DNA of 64,000 nt from Camelus ferus (lineage: Eukaryota): the NCBI RefSeq assembly GCF_009834535.1, contig NC_045696.1:98520001-98584000 (forward strand). Reading direction: 5' to 3'. Shown here piece after piece: positions 25,791 through 38,520 of this stretch (positions within the stretch are counted from its first letter, which is position 1; every line of letters starts with the position of its first letter). The translations under genes and the position numbers were made by a program. The notes below the pieces were generated by a model. It was not told the DNA's origin, made no database searches, and was given only the letters and a program-made list of their open reading frames with translations.

Positions 25791-26009
25791 TAATCATTGC
25801 TTAAATCCATTCACAGATTAGAAATTACAAAGTAAATATAATTCTGTCATCCTTTCTTCATTTGTTAATTGTCATATTTCTATAAAGAGAAACTTTACTT
25901 GATTATTTGATATTATAAAGTACAGCTGGTATAAGAAAATCAGTATAAATGTTTGACTTCACAACCTAATAAAACTGAAAATATATACACATATACATAC
26001 ATGTATATA

Positions 26010-26240
26010 TAAACTAAAAGAGAGGAGAAAGTCTTTAAGTAAAGGAATATGGGCTGATAAATTATTTCAAAGGAAAATAGTTAGACTGACATCTGACTGC
26101 TCAACAATCACAATGGAAGACAGATGTCAATGGATGATGGTTTCAATTTGCTGAAAGGCGATAACTGCCACCCTAGAATTCTACACTCAGTGAAAATATT
26201 CTTCATGAATAAATGTGAAGTAATGATCACATTCAAATGA
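26010..26240 (+). mobile_element. L1 ORF1 C-terminal domain remnant
   Basis: KGKIVRLTSDCSTITMEDRCQW resembles KG.PIRL.ADFS.ET..ARR.W, followed by NCHPRILHSVKIFFMNKCEV after a frameshift. Confidence 0.8.
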
Positions 26241-26319
26241 ATGATCACAATAAAAATTTAAAGTGTAGCAGCAACAAAGCTATGAAAGCACTGTTATTTT
26301 GATTTTCTTTCTGGTCAAA

Positions 26320-27540
26320 TAAAAAGATAATTGACCCCAGCTTCTCTGACATCTGGGTGGGACCAGGTGACTGTATTATGGCTAACAGGAGGAATGACAC
26401 AAATTGTAAGCTTAGCCATAACATGTCCTGTGGGACCCTTCCCACTCCCTTTTAATCTTATGTGACTGGAAGCAAAGGATTAATCTCTGGGTCAAACTTC
26501 TAAGAAACTTCTCAGGACCCTTACCAAACCCATATCAAACTATAACACTATAAAAATGCACAGTTTTAAGTGTTATGCTTCTGAAATTTTGCAGATTTTT
26601 TTTAAAGAAGCAAATAGTTATTTCCCAGATTAATACAGGCATTGAAAGCAGGCGAGGAGACCATTATCCAAAGCTAGAATGATGGAAATTTATTTTTATT
26701 TGGTGACAGTCTGTTTAGTAAACTGTTAACCCAGAATAATTTGAGAGGCAATGTTCATAACTACTGAAAAAGCAGCTCTTGGGAGTGTTATTGGGTAAAA
26801 AAAAAATCCTTAGTATGTGCTATTGTTGTTGATAGCTTTGATAAGGTGTTACAATAATCAATGAGCTTAAGAAAGAATTGGCAGGTTGTGACAGTATAAA
26901 TAAGAGGTATCCTAAAAAGTCTAGAAATTCAGGATCAACAGTGTTGGAAAAGCTGTTTCTAAATATTAAGAATAAGAGTTGGGATTTTAAAAGGACAAGA
27001 GAAAAAAAATGCCTAATCAAATTTCTTAGATAAAATAATTCAGGTCACAGATCGGTTTAAGATAAGGTCTTTTCATCTTTGTGTTCCAGATGGCCTCATT
27101 CATGGTCACTAGAATTCCATTAAGAATGGAAGTCATGAGGTTTAGGAAACAAAACAAATCAGGCTCAAAACAACTTTGAGTGGTTACAGGTATAGGAAAC
27201 TGACTGAACAAGGGTTTCCCACCCAGAAAGCAGACACTCGTCTTAATCATGGAAATTCCTAACCCCAGGGTGGTAAACCTTCATAATGCTGACTGATCCT
27301 GTGGGATTCCTACATTGCCAGAGACTACTGATTCCATTGTTTCCTTTTCTAAGTGATATCCCTGTCATACCATAGTATGTTGAGTATATGGAGGGAGAGG
27401 CAGCTAACTCTGTCCTCTCAGGTCATAGGTTCAAGGAACAAGACCATCAACCTCAAAGCCTGATAAAGAAGACTGTACATAACCTAGATCACAAAAAAAC
27501 CTTCAAAATCAATGTCTACCTTGAGTGTGGCAGTTGAAAG
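26320..27540 (+). mobile_element. MLT1 LTR followed by MaLR internal sequence
   Basis: LTR 3' end TTTTAAGTGTTATGCTTCTGAAATTTTG...ATTAATACAG runs into MLT-int-like sequence TTTAGTAAACTGTTAACC...TTGATAGCTTTGATAAGG. Confidence 0.6.
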
Positions 27541-28928
27541 TAGCATTTTCTGTATGGTTCTGAGCTAGAGATACTTCCTCATTTTACAGATGAGAAAAAA
27601 ACTGATCAAGTAATTCCCTTGTTCATTTTTTAAAAAACTCTTTTCCATCACCCATAATCACAGAGTATAATAGTTAAACTATGGAAAAATTTAAGGACAG
27701 ATATGTTGATGCAATTTGATATCAATATATACTGAGTGAGTTTTAAAAAGGTAACTGGTGAGAAATTGAATTTAATTGTCACTAAGAAAGTTGGAGTTCT
27801 CTGTTTTCACTCGTCAGCCTTTTGTGCAACCTAGACTAGAACTGTTGTCAGTGAGTCATCATAAGCAAAGCAAAGTAGACTGCAGGTGTTGATAATGATC
27901 ACTTATAAATTTTCACACTGTTCCAAAGCTGCTGTTTGTTACTTATTCCAGATTTAGCTATTTTTATTTTAATTGGTACTCTTCGAGTTTTGGTATCTGA
28001 CCAGCTGTCATGGTCCAGCAGGTGAGGGAGAGAAATAGCATTTCTGTCATGGTAAAAATGAAAGCAAATTGACTAACGGCTGTCAATGATACTTGAAATA
28101 AGCCACTGCTTCTCTGTTGACTCATATATTCATCAGATAATGACGAGAGTATTGTCCTCTGAGAGAACCTGTAGTTCTGCCACACAAAAAAGTATTGAGA
28201 AACAGCCATGAAATAGCATTAGGAGCAGAGAAGAAACCCTGATATAGATTAGTACTTGTGGATTTTCATATTTTATCCATAACTAATGAAACTAACACTT
28301 ATTGGTAAAATCAGTAAAACAATGCTTGAGGCATAAATGACAACTAGAGATAATGTACCAATTTGCTGGTCATTGAGGAAATTGTATCCCCCCCTACACT
28401 CATACATGAGCTGTTAACACAGGTTATATGCCTAAAATGAACATAATGTTTTACATAAGAACTGAATTCATGGATCTTGCAGATAATAACTATTCTGCAT
28501 GTATTGACTGATAATGCAGAGTATTTAATTTATAAGTAGCTAATTTGTTGTATTTTGCATATTTATAGTATGTGTACTACACTCCATAATGCATTTTTAG
28601 GTCATTTTCGTCTTGAATTTCAAGAGTTCTGCTTCCCAGTTGTTTTATTTTTTTCTGCTGGGTATACTAGAGTAGCTGTATTCCCTGATTTCTTAGTTTA
28701 CTGCAAAATTTTGACATGTTATTGCAGGTGAGATTTTGTGCCTTTTCAATCAGTATCAATCATCCGATTTTTTTAAGCCAGGAATTTCCACAAATTACAA
28801 GGAGGTAATATTACTAGTCAAAAAGAGCTCTATACTCTTTGTCATTATTTAGAAACTGTGTTGAGAGATTCTTGTTAAAGTACTTTGTTGCAGTTAGTAA
28901 GAAGCTTGGGGCCTTTTTGTTGACTGCC

Positions 28929-29262
28929 TGTTATGACCTGATTATTTGTGCCTCCCCAAAATTCACATTGTGTCTCCCCCAATGTGGAGGATTAATATTC
29001 AACAATTTCATATGTTGGAGGTGGGACCTTTGGGAGATAATTAGCAAAAGAGACCCCAGAGAGCTGTCTAGCTCTCTTTCTGCCATGAGAGGATACAAGG
29101 AGAAGTCAGCAGCCTGCAGCTCAGAAGAGGGCTCTCACAGGAACCTGACCATGTTGGCACTGTAATTTCAGACTTCCAGCCTCCAAAACTGAGAAATACA
29201 TTTCTGTTGTATATAAGATACCCCGTCTGTGGTACTTTGCTACAGCAGGCTGAACTGAGACA
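28929..29262 (+). mobile_element. MLT1A-type solo LTR
   Basis: TGTTATG...CTGAGACA termini; 5-bp TSD CTGCC / TTGCC. Confidence 0.9.
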
Positions 29263-29399
29263 TTGCCTTTTATAATATAATATAGTCAGGATGATAGTTA
29301 AAATTCAAAGAGAGAAATTGCTGTGTAGAATTAAGGAAAGCAAGCCAGGATTGAATAAGTAAAGACCGGAATTTGAGATGGTGCAAAGGGAAAGTTATA

Positions 29400-29520
29400 G
29401 AAATATGTATAAACATCTCTCTCTACGTATACATACACATATATATGTGTTTAGAAACACAAAGATATATACATATATATGATTTATATAACATTGAATA
29501 TTAAATTCAATATATAATTG
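29400..29520. repeat. Degenerate (TA)n-rich tract
   Basis: Seen directly. Confidence 0.7.
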
Positions 29521-29538
29521 ATGGCCACATATACCTAG

Positions 29539-29953
29539 TGTTGTGTCTCCCAAAAAGATATGTTGAAGTCCTAAGTCCTAGTACTTGTGAATGGGACTTT
29601 ATTGGGAAATAAGGTCTTTCTAGATGTAATCAAGCAAAACTGAAGTCACTAAGTTGGGCCCATAATCCCACATGACTGGTGTCCTTATGTGAGGAGGAGA
29701 GTGACACAGAGAGGAGAACGCCGTTGTGACGCTGGGTGAGGTGCTGCAGCCACAAGCCAAGGCGTGCCGGCCAGCTGGAGAGTCGTCAGAAGCTAGGAGG
29801 AGGCCAGGAGGACTCTTCCCTGCCGGTGTCAGAAGTATGGCCCTGCAGACACCTTAATTTCCAGCCTCCAGGACTAAGAGATGAAAGCTTTCTATTGTTT
29901 TAAGCCACCCAGTTTGTAGTACTTTATTACAGCAGCCCTAGGAAATGAATACA
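29539..29953 (+). mobile_element. MLT1B/C-type solo LTR
   Basis: CCCAAAAAGATATGTTGAAGTCCTAA...TTTTAAGCCACCCAGTTTG...AGCAGCCCTAGGAAATGAATACA. Confidence 0.9.
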
Positions 29954-30489
29954 CCAGTGATCAAATATCTGAAAAAGAAAACTAAGTTTTTGCAGTTGTT
30001 TACTTAAACGTGTGAAACATCATGCTTTAATAATGTCATTTGTTACGAACATTATCAAAGATGGGTAAAAGAGTAAACAGGAAAATCAGAAGAACATGGC
30101 CTTCCTTAAATACAAAGACAACATCTGTTAAGGCCAGAAACAGAAAAGAAATGCAGCACTGTGAGGAGAGCAGATGATATGGGCCTCCTCACTTTAGATA
30201 TGGAGTTTCCAGGACCTAAAGTACATCTTCAACAAAGGAGACCGCAATGAGATTTGCTGCCTGAAGTCTAGAGCTGGTTATGGCTCCTGGTGAGATACAG
30301 GATATACACACTCACACCCTCATGACCAGAAGAACAGCAAGCCTCAAAAGACACTAAGCTAAGAAGATGAGCTTTACCAAAATTTCAAAGGGCCAAACAT
30401 ATTTATTTTCTACCTACCCTTTTAGAGGACAGTGAAAGCACAGAAGCCACTAAACTGATGTGTAGATCCACTACAGTAATTAGGAGAGT

Positions 30490-30740
30490 ATAAGAAAAAT
30501 ATAAATGTATCTGCCTGATGGAAAGGGATGCAGAAATCCTGAATAAAATACTATGAAGCCAAATTCAGCAGTATATTAAAGAATTATACAACTAACTATG
30601 GTATTTTCCAGGAATACAAAGATAGATCAACTGCAATATAAAATCTGTTACTCCAAAAGACCATATTAACAAATCAAGAAGAAAATAAACCTCATGATGA
30701 AAAATGCTAAAAATTCCTTGAGCAAATTCCAAACCTGATA
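30490..30740 (+). mobile_element. Old L1 ORF2 reverse-transcriptase fragment
   Basis: GATGCAGAAATCCTGAATAAAATACTA translates as DAEILNKIL (consensus DAKILNKIL). Confidence 0.8.
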
Positions 30741-30741
30741 A

Positions 30742-33020
30742 GCTCACCAGCCGAGCCACTGCTTGGGCCCCTCGTACTACTGTCTCAACTTCACACTAGG
30801 GTGAGAACTGCCACCACTGAGAAGAGTGTGCAGCTGTCAGGGCCAGAGCTGTATTGGACCTGGCATGGCACTGAATGGAGGTGTAGGGCACCCATTGTTG
30901 ATAGTCACCAGGGCAGCACATCAGGAGAGGTCTAGAGCTCTGACTGGCGCTGGGATTGCCCTGGCACATGCTCCAGCCTGCACTGGACACCTGCCCCAGC
31001 CCCTCTTGCTCCAGCACTCCTCTCCTCTGGGGCAAAGGTGCCAATGCAGGGAAAGTGGAGAACGTACACTTAGAGGGAACAGAGCCATCTGGGACCTGAC
31101 CCTCGGGGCTTCTGCTCCAGCAGCTGGAGATCTGCCCCTGCCACTGATAGGGTGGTGTGAGCCACTGAGCAGAGGAGAAGCCCCAGTTCATATCTGGCTC
31201 TGTCTAGCCCTTCCATCTCCTACAAAGTTTCTAAGTGCCTGGGGGAAGACTTGGCTTGGGCTTACTTCAGCTCCAGCTCTCCCACCAAAGCCACTGGGCA
31301 CACACAGATTATGTAAGGACACTCTCACAAAGGGACGTCCCTTAAAGACCTCAAGGCTTGGATAGGTAACTGTTTCACCAAATTTCATAGTGAAAGAGAA
31401 AACTAAGCAAAATACCCATGCTATTTTTTCACAGAACTAGAAAAAATGAGCCTAAAATTTATATGGAACCAGAAAAGACTCTCATTAGCCAAAGCAATCT
31501 TGAGAACAAAGAACAAAGCTGGAGGGATCATGCTTCCTGACTTCAGACTATTGGGCAAAGCTACAGTAATCAAATCATACAGTACAGTGTGGGGCTGGCA
31601 CACAAAAAAGACACATAGATCAATAGAGCAGAATAGAAAGCCCAGAAGTAAACTGATGCATTTATGGCCAATTAATCTATGATAAAGGAGGTAATAATGT
31701 ACAATGGAGAAAAGACAATCTCTTCAATGAGTGGTACTGGGAAAACTGGACAGCTACATGTAAAAGAATGAGATTAGAACATTTCCTCACACCAGATACA
31801 AAATAAACTCAAATATATTAAATACCTAAATATAAGACCTGAAACCATGAAAATCCTAGAAGAAAACATCCACAGTACACTCTTTGACATTGGTCTTAAC
31901 ATTATTATTTTTTTGGATCTGTCTCCTCAGGCAAGAGAAGCAAAAGCAAAAATAAACAAGTAGGACCTGATCACTTAAAAACTTTTGCACAGCAAAGGAA
32001 ACCATCAATAAAACAAAAATACAGCCTACTGAATGGGAGAATATATTTACAAATGACATTTTTGATAAGGGGTTGATATACAAATTATATAAATAGCTCA
32101 TACAACTTAATATCAAAAAACAAACAACCCAATTAAAAATAGGTGGAAGATCTAAATAGATATTTTTCCAAAGAAAACAAGCATGTGAAAGATATTTGAC
32201 ATTGCTAATCATCAGAGAAATGCAAATCAAAAAACCACAATGACATATCACCTCACACCTGTCAGAATGGCTATTATCAAAAGGAATACAAGTTACAAAT
32301 GTTGGCAAGGATGTGGAGAAAAGGGAACTCTACTACATCATTGGTGGGAATGTAAATTGGTGTAGCCACTATGGAAAACAGTATGGAGGTTCCTCAGAAA
32401 ACTAAAATTAGAACTATCACACGATCCAACAATTCCTCTCCTGAGTAAATATCTGAAGAAAATGAAAACACTAATTCAAAAAAATACAGGGACCCCAGTG
32501 TTCATGCAACGCTGTTCATAATTGTCAAGATATGGAAGCAGCCTAAGTGTCCATCAATAGATGAATGGATAAAGAAGATATTTATATATATACAAATGGA
32601 ATGATATATACAATGGAATATTACTCAGCTATAAAAACAAAATTTTGCCAGTTGCAACAACATGGATGAACCTGCAGTGTATTATGCTTAGTGAAATAGA
32701 CAGAGAAAGACAAATATTATATGTTACCACTTACATGTGGAATCTGAAAAATAAATGAATATAACAAATAGGAACAGACTCACAGATATAGAGAACAAAG
32801 CAGTGGAGAGAGGGAAGTGGAGAAAGGCAAGGAAGGGATAGGAGATTAAGAGGTACAAAGTACTATGTATAAATAAGCTACAAGGATATATTGCACAGCA
32901 CCAAAGATATAGCCAATATTTTAAATGGACTATAATCTGTAAAAATATAGAATCACTGTTTTGTACACCTGAAACTAATAGATTATTATAAATCTTCTAT
33001 ACTTCAGTTTTATAAAAGCA
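30742..33020 (+). mobile_element. Artiodactyl-type L1 with GC-rich 5' UTR fused to ORF2 3' part and 3' UTR (internal deletion)
   Basis: GC-rich 5' UTR to ~31410, then ORF2 [31 protein letters not shown] through the Cys-rich end; 3' UTR ACAGACTCACAGATATAGAGAACAAA...TGTACACCTGAAACTAA. Confidence 0.88.
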
Positions 33021-33440
33021 AGACATACATTTGTAAGATGTCTCCCCTCTCCTCTCTACCAGGAAGGGCAGAAATTAATCGCTAGAGACAACTCTAGAGC
33101 CTTATCAACCCAGACATGGCACCAGAGGAAACATAACAAATTTTACTAACATTTATCTACCATTAGTTTCTCCATAGCCTTTCCACAGTTTGCTACTCGG
33201 AGGCTCAAAGAACTTTTTCCTTGTCTTGTGACATCTCTCAAAATTATTGTTCTTTGCTAATATGCTACCATTGCTATGAGTAACTTGTCTCTGAGTACTG
33301 CATGGGTATGTACTATACACGTTAATAAACTTCTGTTTTTTTTTTTTCTCTTGTTAAACTGTCTTTTGTCACTATAAAGTGCCCAGCTGGAGAATCTAAG
33401 ATGAGTAGAGAAAAATTACTCTTTAATTTCCTCCTCTACG
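33021..33440 (+). mobile_element. MER34-type ERV1 LTR, 5'-truncated
   Basis: GTTAATAAACTTCTGTTT...TCTCTTGTTAAACTGTCTTTTGT...AGAGAAAAATTA...TTCCTCCTCTAC; its 3' end is homologous to the LTR at 53876-54435. Confidence 0.8.
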
Positions 33441-33868
33441 ATGGGCCCTTAGATAAATGGTGTTGGACAATTGTTTATCCACATGCAAAATGTTCAATTA
33501 GGTTCTTTAAAACTTTTCAGGGAAAAAATGTAGAATCATATCGTTATGACCTTCAGGTAAGGAAGGATTTATGTACTCAAGATACAAAAAGCACAAATCC
33601 TAAAAGAAAATTCTCACATATCTGCCACATTATAACTGAAACTCTGCACAAAAGGAACTGTAAACAAGGTGGAAATGCTAGTCACAGACTGAGAGAAGAT
33701 ACCTACAGCACAGGAATGACAATCAGAAGTACCAGCTTTCCAGTGAAAATATGCAAAACATATGAATAGGTAATTCACAGGAGAAAAAATAAAAATGGCC
33801 AATAAGTGGATAAAAAGATGCTCAACTTCACTAGTAATCAGGGAAATGTAAATTAAAGCCATAAGAGA
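33441..33868 (+). mobile_element. Old L1 (L1ME-like) ORF2 fragment; continues at ~35850-36390
   Basis: GATAAATGGTGTTGGACAATTG (DKWCWTI) and AAAAGATGCTCAACTTCACTAGTAATCAGGGAAATG. Confidence 0.75.
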
Positions 33869-35735
33869 ATCTCACCAAAGAAGATATACAGATGGCAAAT
33901 AAGCATATGAAAAGATGCTCAACATCATATGTCATTAGGAAAATGCAAATTAAAACAACAGTGAGAAGCCACTACCCACCTATTAGAATTGACAAAATCC
34001 AGAACACTGAAAACACCAAATGCTGGCAAGGATATGGGGCAACAGAAACTCTCATCCATTGCTAGTGGGAATGCAGAATGGTACAGCCACTTTGTAGGAC
34101 AGTTTGACAGTGTCCTTTGAAACTAAACATTCTCTTTAACCATATGATGCAGCAATCACTCTCCTTGGCATTTACCCAAAAGAGTTAAAAACCTATGATC
34201 ACACAGAAACCTGTACATGGATGTTTATAGCAGTTTTATTTTTAATTGCCAGAACTTGGAAGTAACCTGTGATCTTGTACTTTATCATAATAAATATATG
34301 TTTGGTCTTTGTCTTCATTTCTGGCATAGAGCTCCTGAAATCCTTGTGTATCCTTAAGTGATAAGAACCCTAGGAGCACCTTTTGTTCTAATGAGAGAAC
34401 TTTAGGCGGGCTCCTGAAAGGCTTCTGGATTGGGGCAGTTCACCAGAAAGACCAAGACCAAGCCATATCTAGAAGCTTGGAATTTCCAGCCCCTCTTTCC
34501 ATTTTTCAGAGAGGGGAGAGGTTTCTGGAAATGGACTTAATGATTAATCATGCCTACATGATGAAACCTCTATAAAAATTCCAATAGTATGAAATTCAGA
34601 GAGCTTCCAAGTTGGTCAACAAATCCTCATGCTGAGAGGGTGATGCACCCCAACTTCCCAGGGACAGAAACTCCTTGCTCAGAACCCTCCCAAACTTGCC
34701 TTATGTAGTATCTCCTTACCTGGATGTCCACCTTTCATCACATTCTTTAATAAACTGCCAAATGTGTTTCCCTGAGTTCTGTGAACCACTTTGGCAAATA
34801 ATCAAATCCAAGGGAAAGAGGTTCTGGAAGCCTCTGATTTGTAGCCAAGTTGGGCATAAGTTGTGGGTCACTTGGAGACCTACTACTTGTGATTGGCATG
34901 TGAAGTAGGGCAGCAGTTTCATGGGACTGTGCCCTTAACCCATGGGATCTGACTCCGTCTCCAGTAGATCGTGTCAAAATTGAGTTGAATTGTAGGACAC
35001 CCAGGTGTGGTCATGGAGCATTGTTTGGTGTGGGAAAATCCCTCAGATATTTAGTGATCAGATGTGTCAGAATTATTGTGAATCCAGGAGTTGTGTGAGA
35101 GTAAAGGAGGAAGACGAAAGTTTTTCTGCATGCAAACAAATGTCCTCCAATAGGTTAAAAAAAAAAAAAAAGGATAAATAAGCGGTGTATCCAAACAAAA
35201 GAATATTATCCAGCACTAAAAAGAAATGAGTATCAAGTCATGAAAAGGCATGGAGGAACTTTAAGTGCATATTACCCAGCGAAAGAAGCCAATCTTTAAA
35301 GCATATATACTGTATGATTCCAACTTTATGACATTCTGGAAAAGGCAAAACTATACAAAATGGCAGAAATATTAGTGATTGCTAGGGGTTGGTGGGGGGG
35401 GGTGGTTGAGAGAGGGTAATAGGCAGAACACAGAGGGTTTTGAGGGCAGTGAAAACAGTTTGTACGATACCTTAATAACAGATGCATGTCATTATGCACT
35501 CGTCCAAACCCACAGAATATACCACACCAGGAGTGAACCTTAATGATGTAGAGTATGGACTTTGGGTGGTGCTACATCAGTGCAGATTCATCAGTTGTAA
35601 CACAGGTACCACTTCAGTGAGGGATGTTGATAATGGGGGAGACTGTGCGTGTGTTAGGGCAGGGGGTATATGGGAAATCTCTATACCTTCCTCTTGATTT
35701 TGCTGGGAATCTAAAACTGCTCTAAAAAAGTGATA
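33869..35735 (+). mobile_element. L1MC-type 3' end, split by a MER21 LTR
   Basis: CTCACCAAAGAAGATATACAGATGGCAAATAAGC...; 3' UTR GGGGATGTTGATAATGGGGGAG...CTAAAACTGCTCTAAAAAA. Confidence 0.88.
34268..35134 (+). mobile_element. MER21-type solo LTR
   Basis: TG...CA termini; TGTGATCTTGTACTTTATCATAATAAATATATGTTTGGTCTTTG; TSD AACC / AACA; the host L1 is collinear on either side. Confidence 0.85.
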
Positions 35736-35849
35736 CATCTGTTATTATATTAAATATAATATGCCATGCCTATATAATTATATATAATATAATAATATAT
35801 AATTATTAATATATATCAGTATTTAATAGTATATATACATACACATATC

Positions 35850-36390
35850 TATACCATAGGAAGCCTTTTCATCCCTGTCACTGGCAAAAATGAAAAAAAT
35901 ATCTGACAATAACGAGTGTTAGAGGGACAGAAATTTTCAGATACTCCTGGTAAAAATGTTAAATAGTTCAAATTCTTTAGAGATTAGTTCAATAATACAT
36001 AGTAAAGCTGTTGTATCTCATAACATAGAATTTTCACCCCTGGGTGTATGCCATAGAGAAACTCTGGTATGAATTAATAAGGAGACATGTACAAGAACGA
36101 TCATTGCAGTACAATTCATAATGGCAAAAAAATAGAAGCAGGTAAAATACATCAATTGAAAAACAGATAAATATTGTGCATTAATCTAACAGAATAATAT
36201 ACAGATTTAAAAGTAAATAAGCAAGGTGTATGTGTGTGTTTCAACATGAAGACATCTTTTTAAAGAACATGTTAGAGAATTGAGTTGTAGAATGTGAAGA
36301 TTACATACTACTTAACGAAAATTTTACAGTCCCTCAATGTAGTGCATAATAAAAACAAATAATGTAGTAGCATTACAAAATAAAATATGT
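35850..36390 (+). mobile_element. Continuation of the old L1ME-like element
   Basis: TGGCAAAAATGAAAAAAATATCTGACAATAACGAGTGTT...GGAGACATGTACAAGAA. Confidence 0.7.
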
Positions 36391-37439
36391 AGAGTAAAAG
36401 TTAGATTTTTTTGAAGGATCTTTAATTCACTTTTAGATAAACACATTTTTGTGGAATTTTAAATATGTATGAGCTGATCCTTTAGACTCACCATTTATCA
36501 GTAAGAAAATAAATCTTATTAATTGAGACAAATTAAGGAAGAATACAAATATGATGAAAGGTAGAAATCTACAAATAATTCAAGCTAATTCTTCCAAATT
36601 CTCTCTAATGGGTCTTTGTTGGAATTGCTAACAAGACAGCATAACACATCTCATGTTTCTTTTCACTTCCTCTTCCCACCATTCAGCAGAGAGGCTAATT
36701 AACATTGAAATGACCAAAACTCAAGAGCCAAAGGGATTAAGAGAGACCCAAAAAATCCCTAGATAATTTACAAACCAGATAATCAACTCAAAACTAATGA
36801 GAATTTGACTTTAATAAATATCAGTTCACACAATGAAATTAAATCAAACATGTAAAACTGCTCTAGGCTTGTTCTTTGGAATCTTTGAGTGGCAGACGTC
36901 CCTACCACTGTCATTATCAGACCTTGGGACAGGAACATAACTGTTATTTTTCTGTCTTTCAGCTTTTTAATACAACGAATATATACTGAATTTGTTTCTA
37001 TAATTTTAATTTGGGCACTTGTTGTAGAGCACAAGAATTAAAACAATACAAGAATCGTATGTGTATTTGATGTCTTCTTTTTAGAAGTCCACTTATTAAA
37101 AAATATTTCTCTCTTGAACTAAAAATGATAGCAAAATAAGCTATGTCAACTCTTTTTCTTTATTATCTTCTCCAATTATTTCATTAAGAAACTTTGAAAT
37201 TAACCTATTTAATCATTAAACATTATAAACAGGGTTTTACCTAGGAAGTAATAAAAAATTCTACTAAAATCAATGAACTATTATTACTGCCAAACTTCAA
37301 AGTGATCTTCTCGCATACAAGTGTGCATTTCTCAGGAGAGAATGAGTTTATGTTAAGGTGGTTGTGGAGCATTTTCAAGGGAGCAGCTCATATATGGTTA
37401 CAGGTTTATACCTGAAAACTATGGAGCACTTTATAGTTT

Positions 37440-37640
37440 TTAAAATGTTTTCACATTTATTATGTTGCTGAGTTCTTAAAATAATTCTGCAAAGACACAA
37501 TGCAGTGTCTCATCTTACAGATGAAAAAAGTGAGGTCTCAAAAGACTATGTGACTTGACGAGATCATCTAACTACTAGTTACCTACTAGGTAGAGCCTAT
37601 TGAAATTTGGGGCTCCTGATTCTAAATGCAGGGCTTCTGT
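37440..37640 (-). mobile_element. MIR SINE
   Basis: CTCATCTTACAGATGAAAAAAGTGAGGTCTCAAAAG. Confidence 0.75.
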
Positions 37641-38299
37641 TAAATGCTTGAATGCCCCGTTTTATTAGAGGAAACATAATAAACAGAAATCTTGGCATTG
37701 TGTATTCATTTTTTAATGTCTTTGGTAGACCTCACCATCACATTGAGGAAAGAAGAACTGGAGTATTGCTGTACTTGAGAGTTCAAGAGGAAGTGAGACA
37801 ATGCATGTGGAAAGATCTAGAACATAGTAGAAGTTCAATAAATATGTGGCAGGTGCTACGCATTTCATTGCTCTGCTACTTTAGTGGATATCTCAAGCCT
37901 GTTTCTTTATATCAATACTGGCACAGGCAAGGCTTTCCCTGTATGCCCCCCGCTTCCCACAGGGCACTGGAGCGCTCACCTTCTGTCTGGAGGATTATGC
38001 AAGAGTCCTAGGCTGCCGGGTGTCAATTTGTTGATATTGGGTTGGGATATAGACTGGGAACCTGGAAGGAGTCTCAAGGAACAGATAAGCATCAGGCCAA
38101 ATTGGATTATCGTCAACAATAGGCTGACTTCTGGGTCCAGGTTGCCCCCGCCTTTCCCTGAAGAGCAGGGGTAGGGCGTCCTTGCTCTGGCTCTTTCTTA
38201 TTCCCACACTCCCTACATGAGTCCTAGCTCTGCTGTTCCTCTCCTGACCATAGCATCTTTTGATTTAGTCTGGACTGGTGAATTTTGAACATGGTTACA

Positions 38300-38520
38300 A
38301 CTAAGAACAGCTAACATTTGATGTTGTGTGGCAGGTGCTGTTCTAAGCAATTTATGCTTGTAATCTCATACGACAATGCTATTCTGTATGTGAGGAAACG
38401 GAGGTACACAGGTGTTAAATTACTTGCCTGAAATTATTTGATTATCACTATCCAAAGCTGGCAGTTGAACTCAAAGAGTCCAGCTCAAGAGTCTACACTC
38501 ATAACCACTTGGCCATGTTA
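38300..38520 (-). mobile_element. MIR SINE
   Basis: TGAGGAAACGGAGGTACACAGGTGTTAAATTACTTGCC. Confidence 0.8.

Larger units (their letters stand above)
24530..25960 (-). mobile_element. L1MC-type 3' UTR, split by an MLT1 LTR
   Basis: ATTATTTTGAAGCAAATCCCAGGCATCATATCATTTCA; the L1 sequence resumes after ~25790. Confidence 0.65.

Noticed and set aside
30826..31365. 179-aa ORF, the longest in the window
   Set aside because: It lies in the GC-rich L1 5' UTR, starts at GTG and has no recognisable domain; an open frame is expected from base composition.
31446..32308. ORFs with L1 ORF2 similarity and the antisense 150-aa ORF
   Set aside because: These are frameshifted L1 fragments, not a gene or an active element.
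37900..38217. GC-richer segment ending CCCTACA, possibly an antisense LTR fragment
   Set aside because: No second terminus, TSD or family match was recognised.
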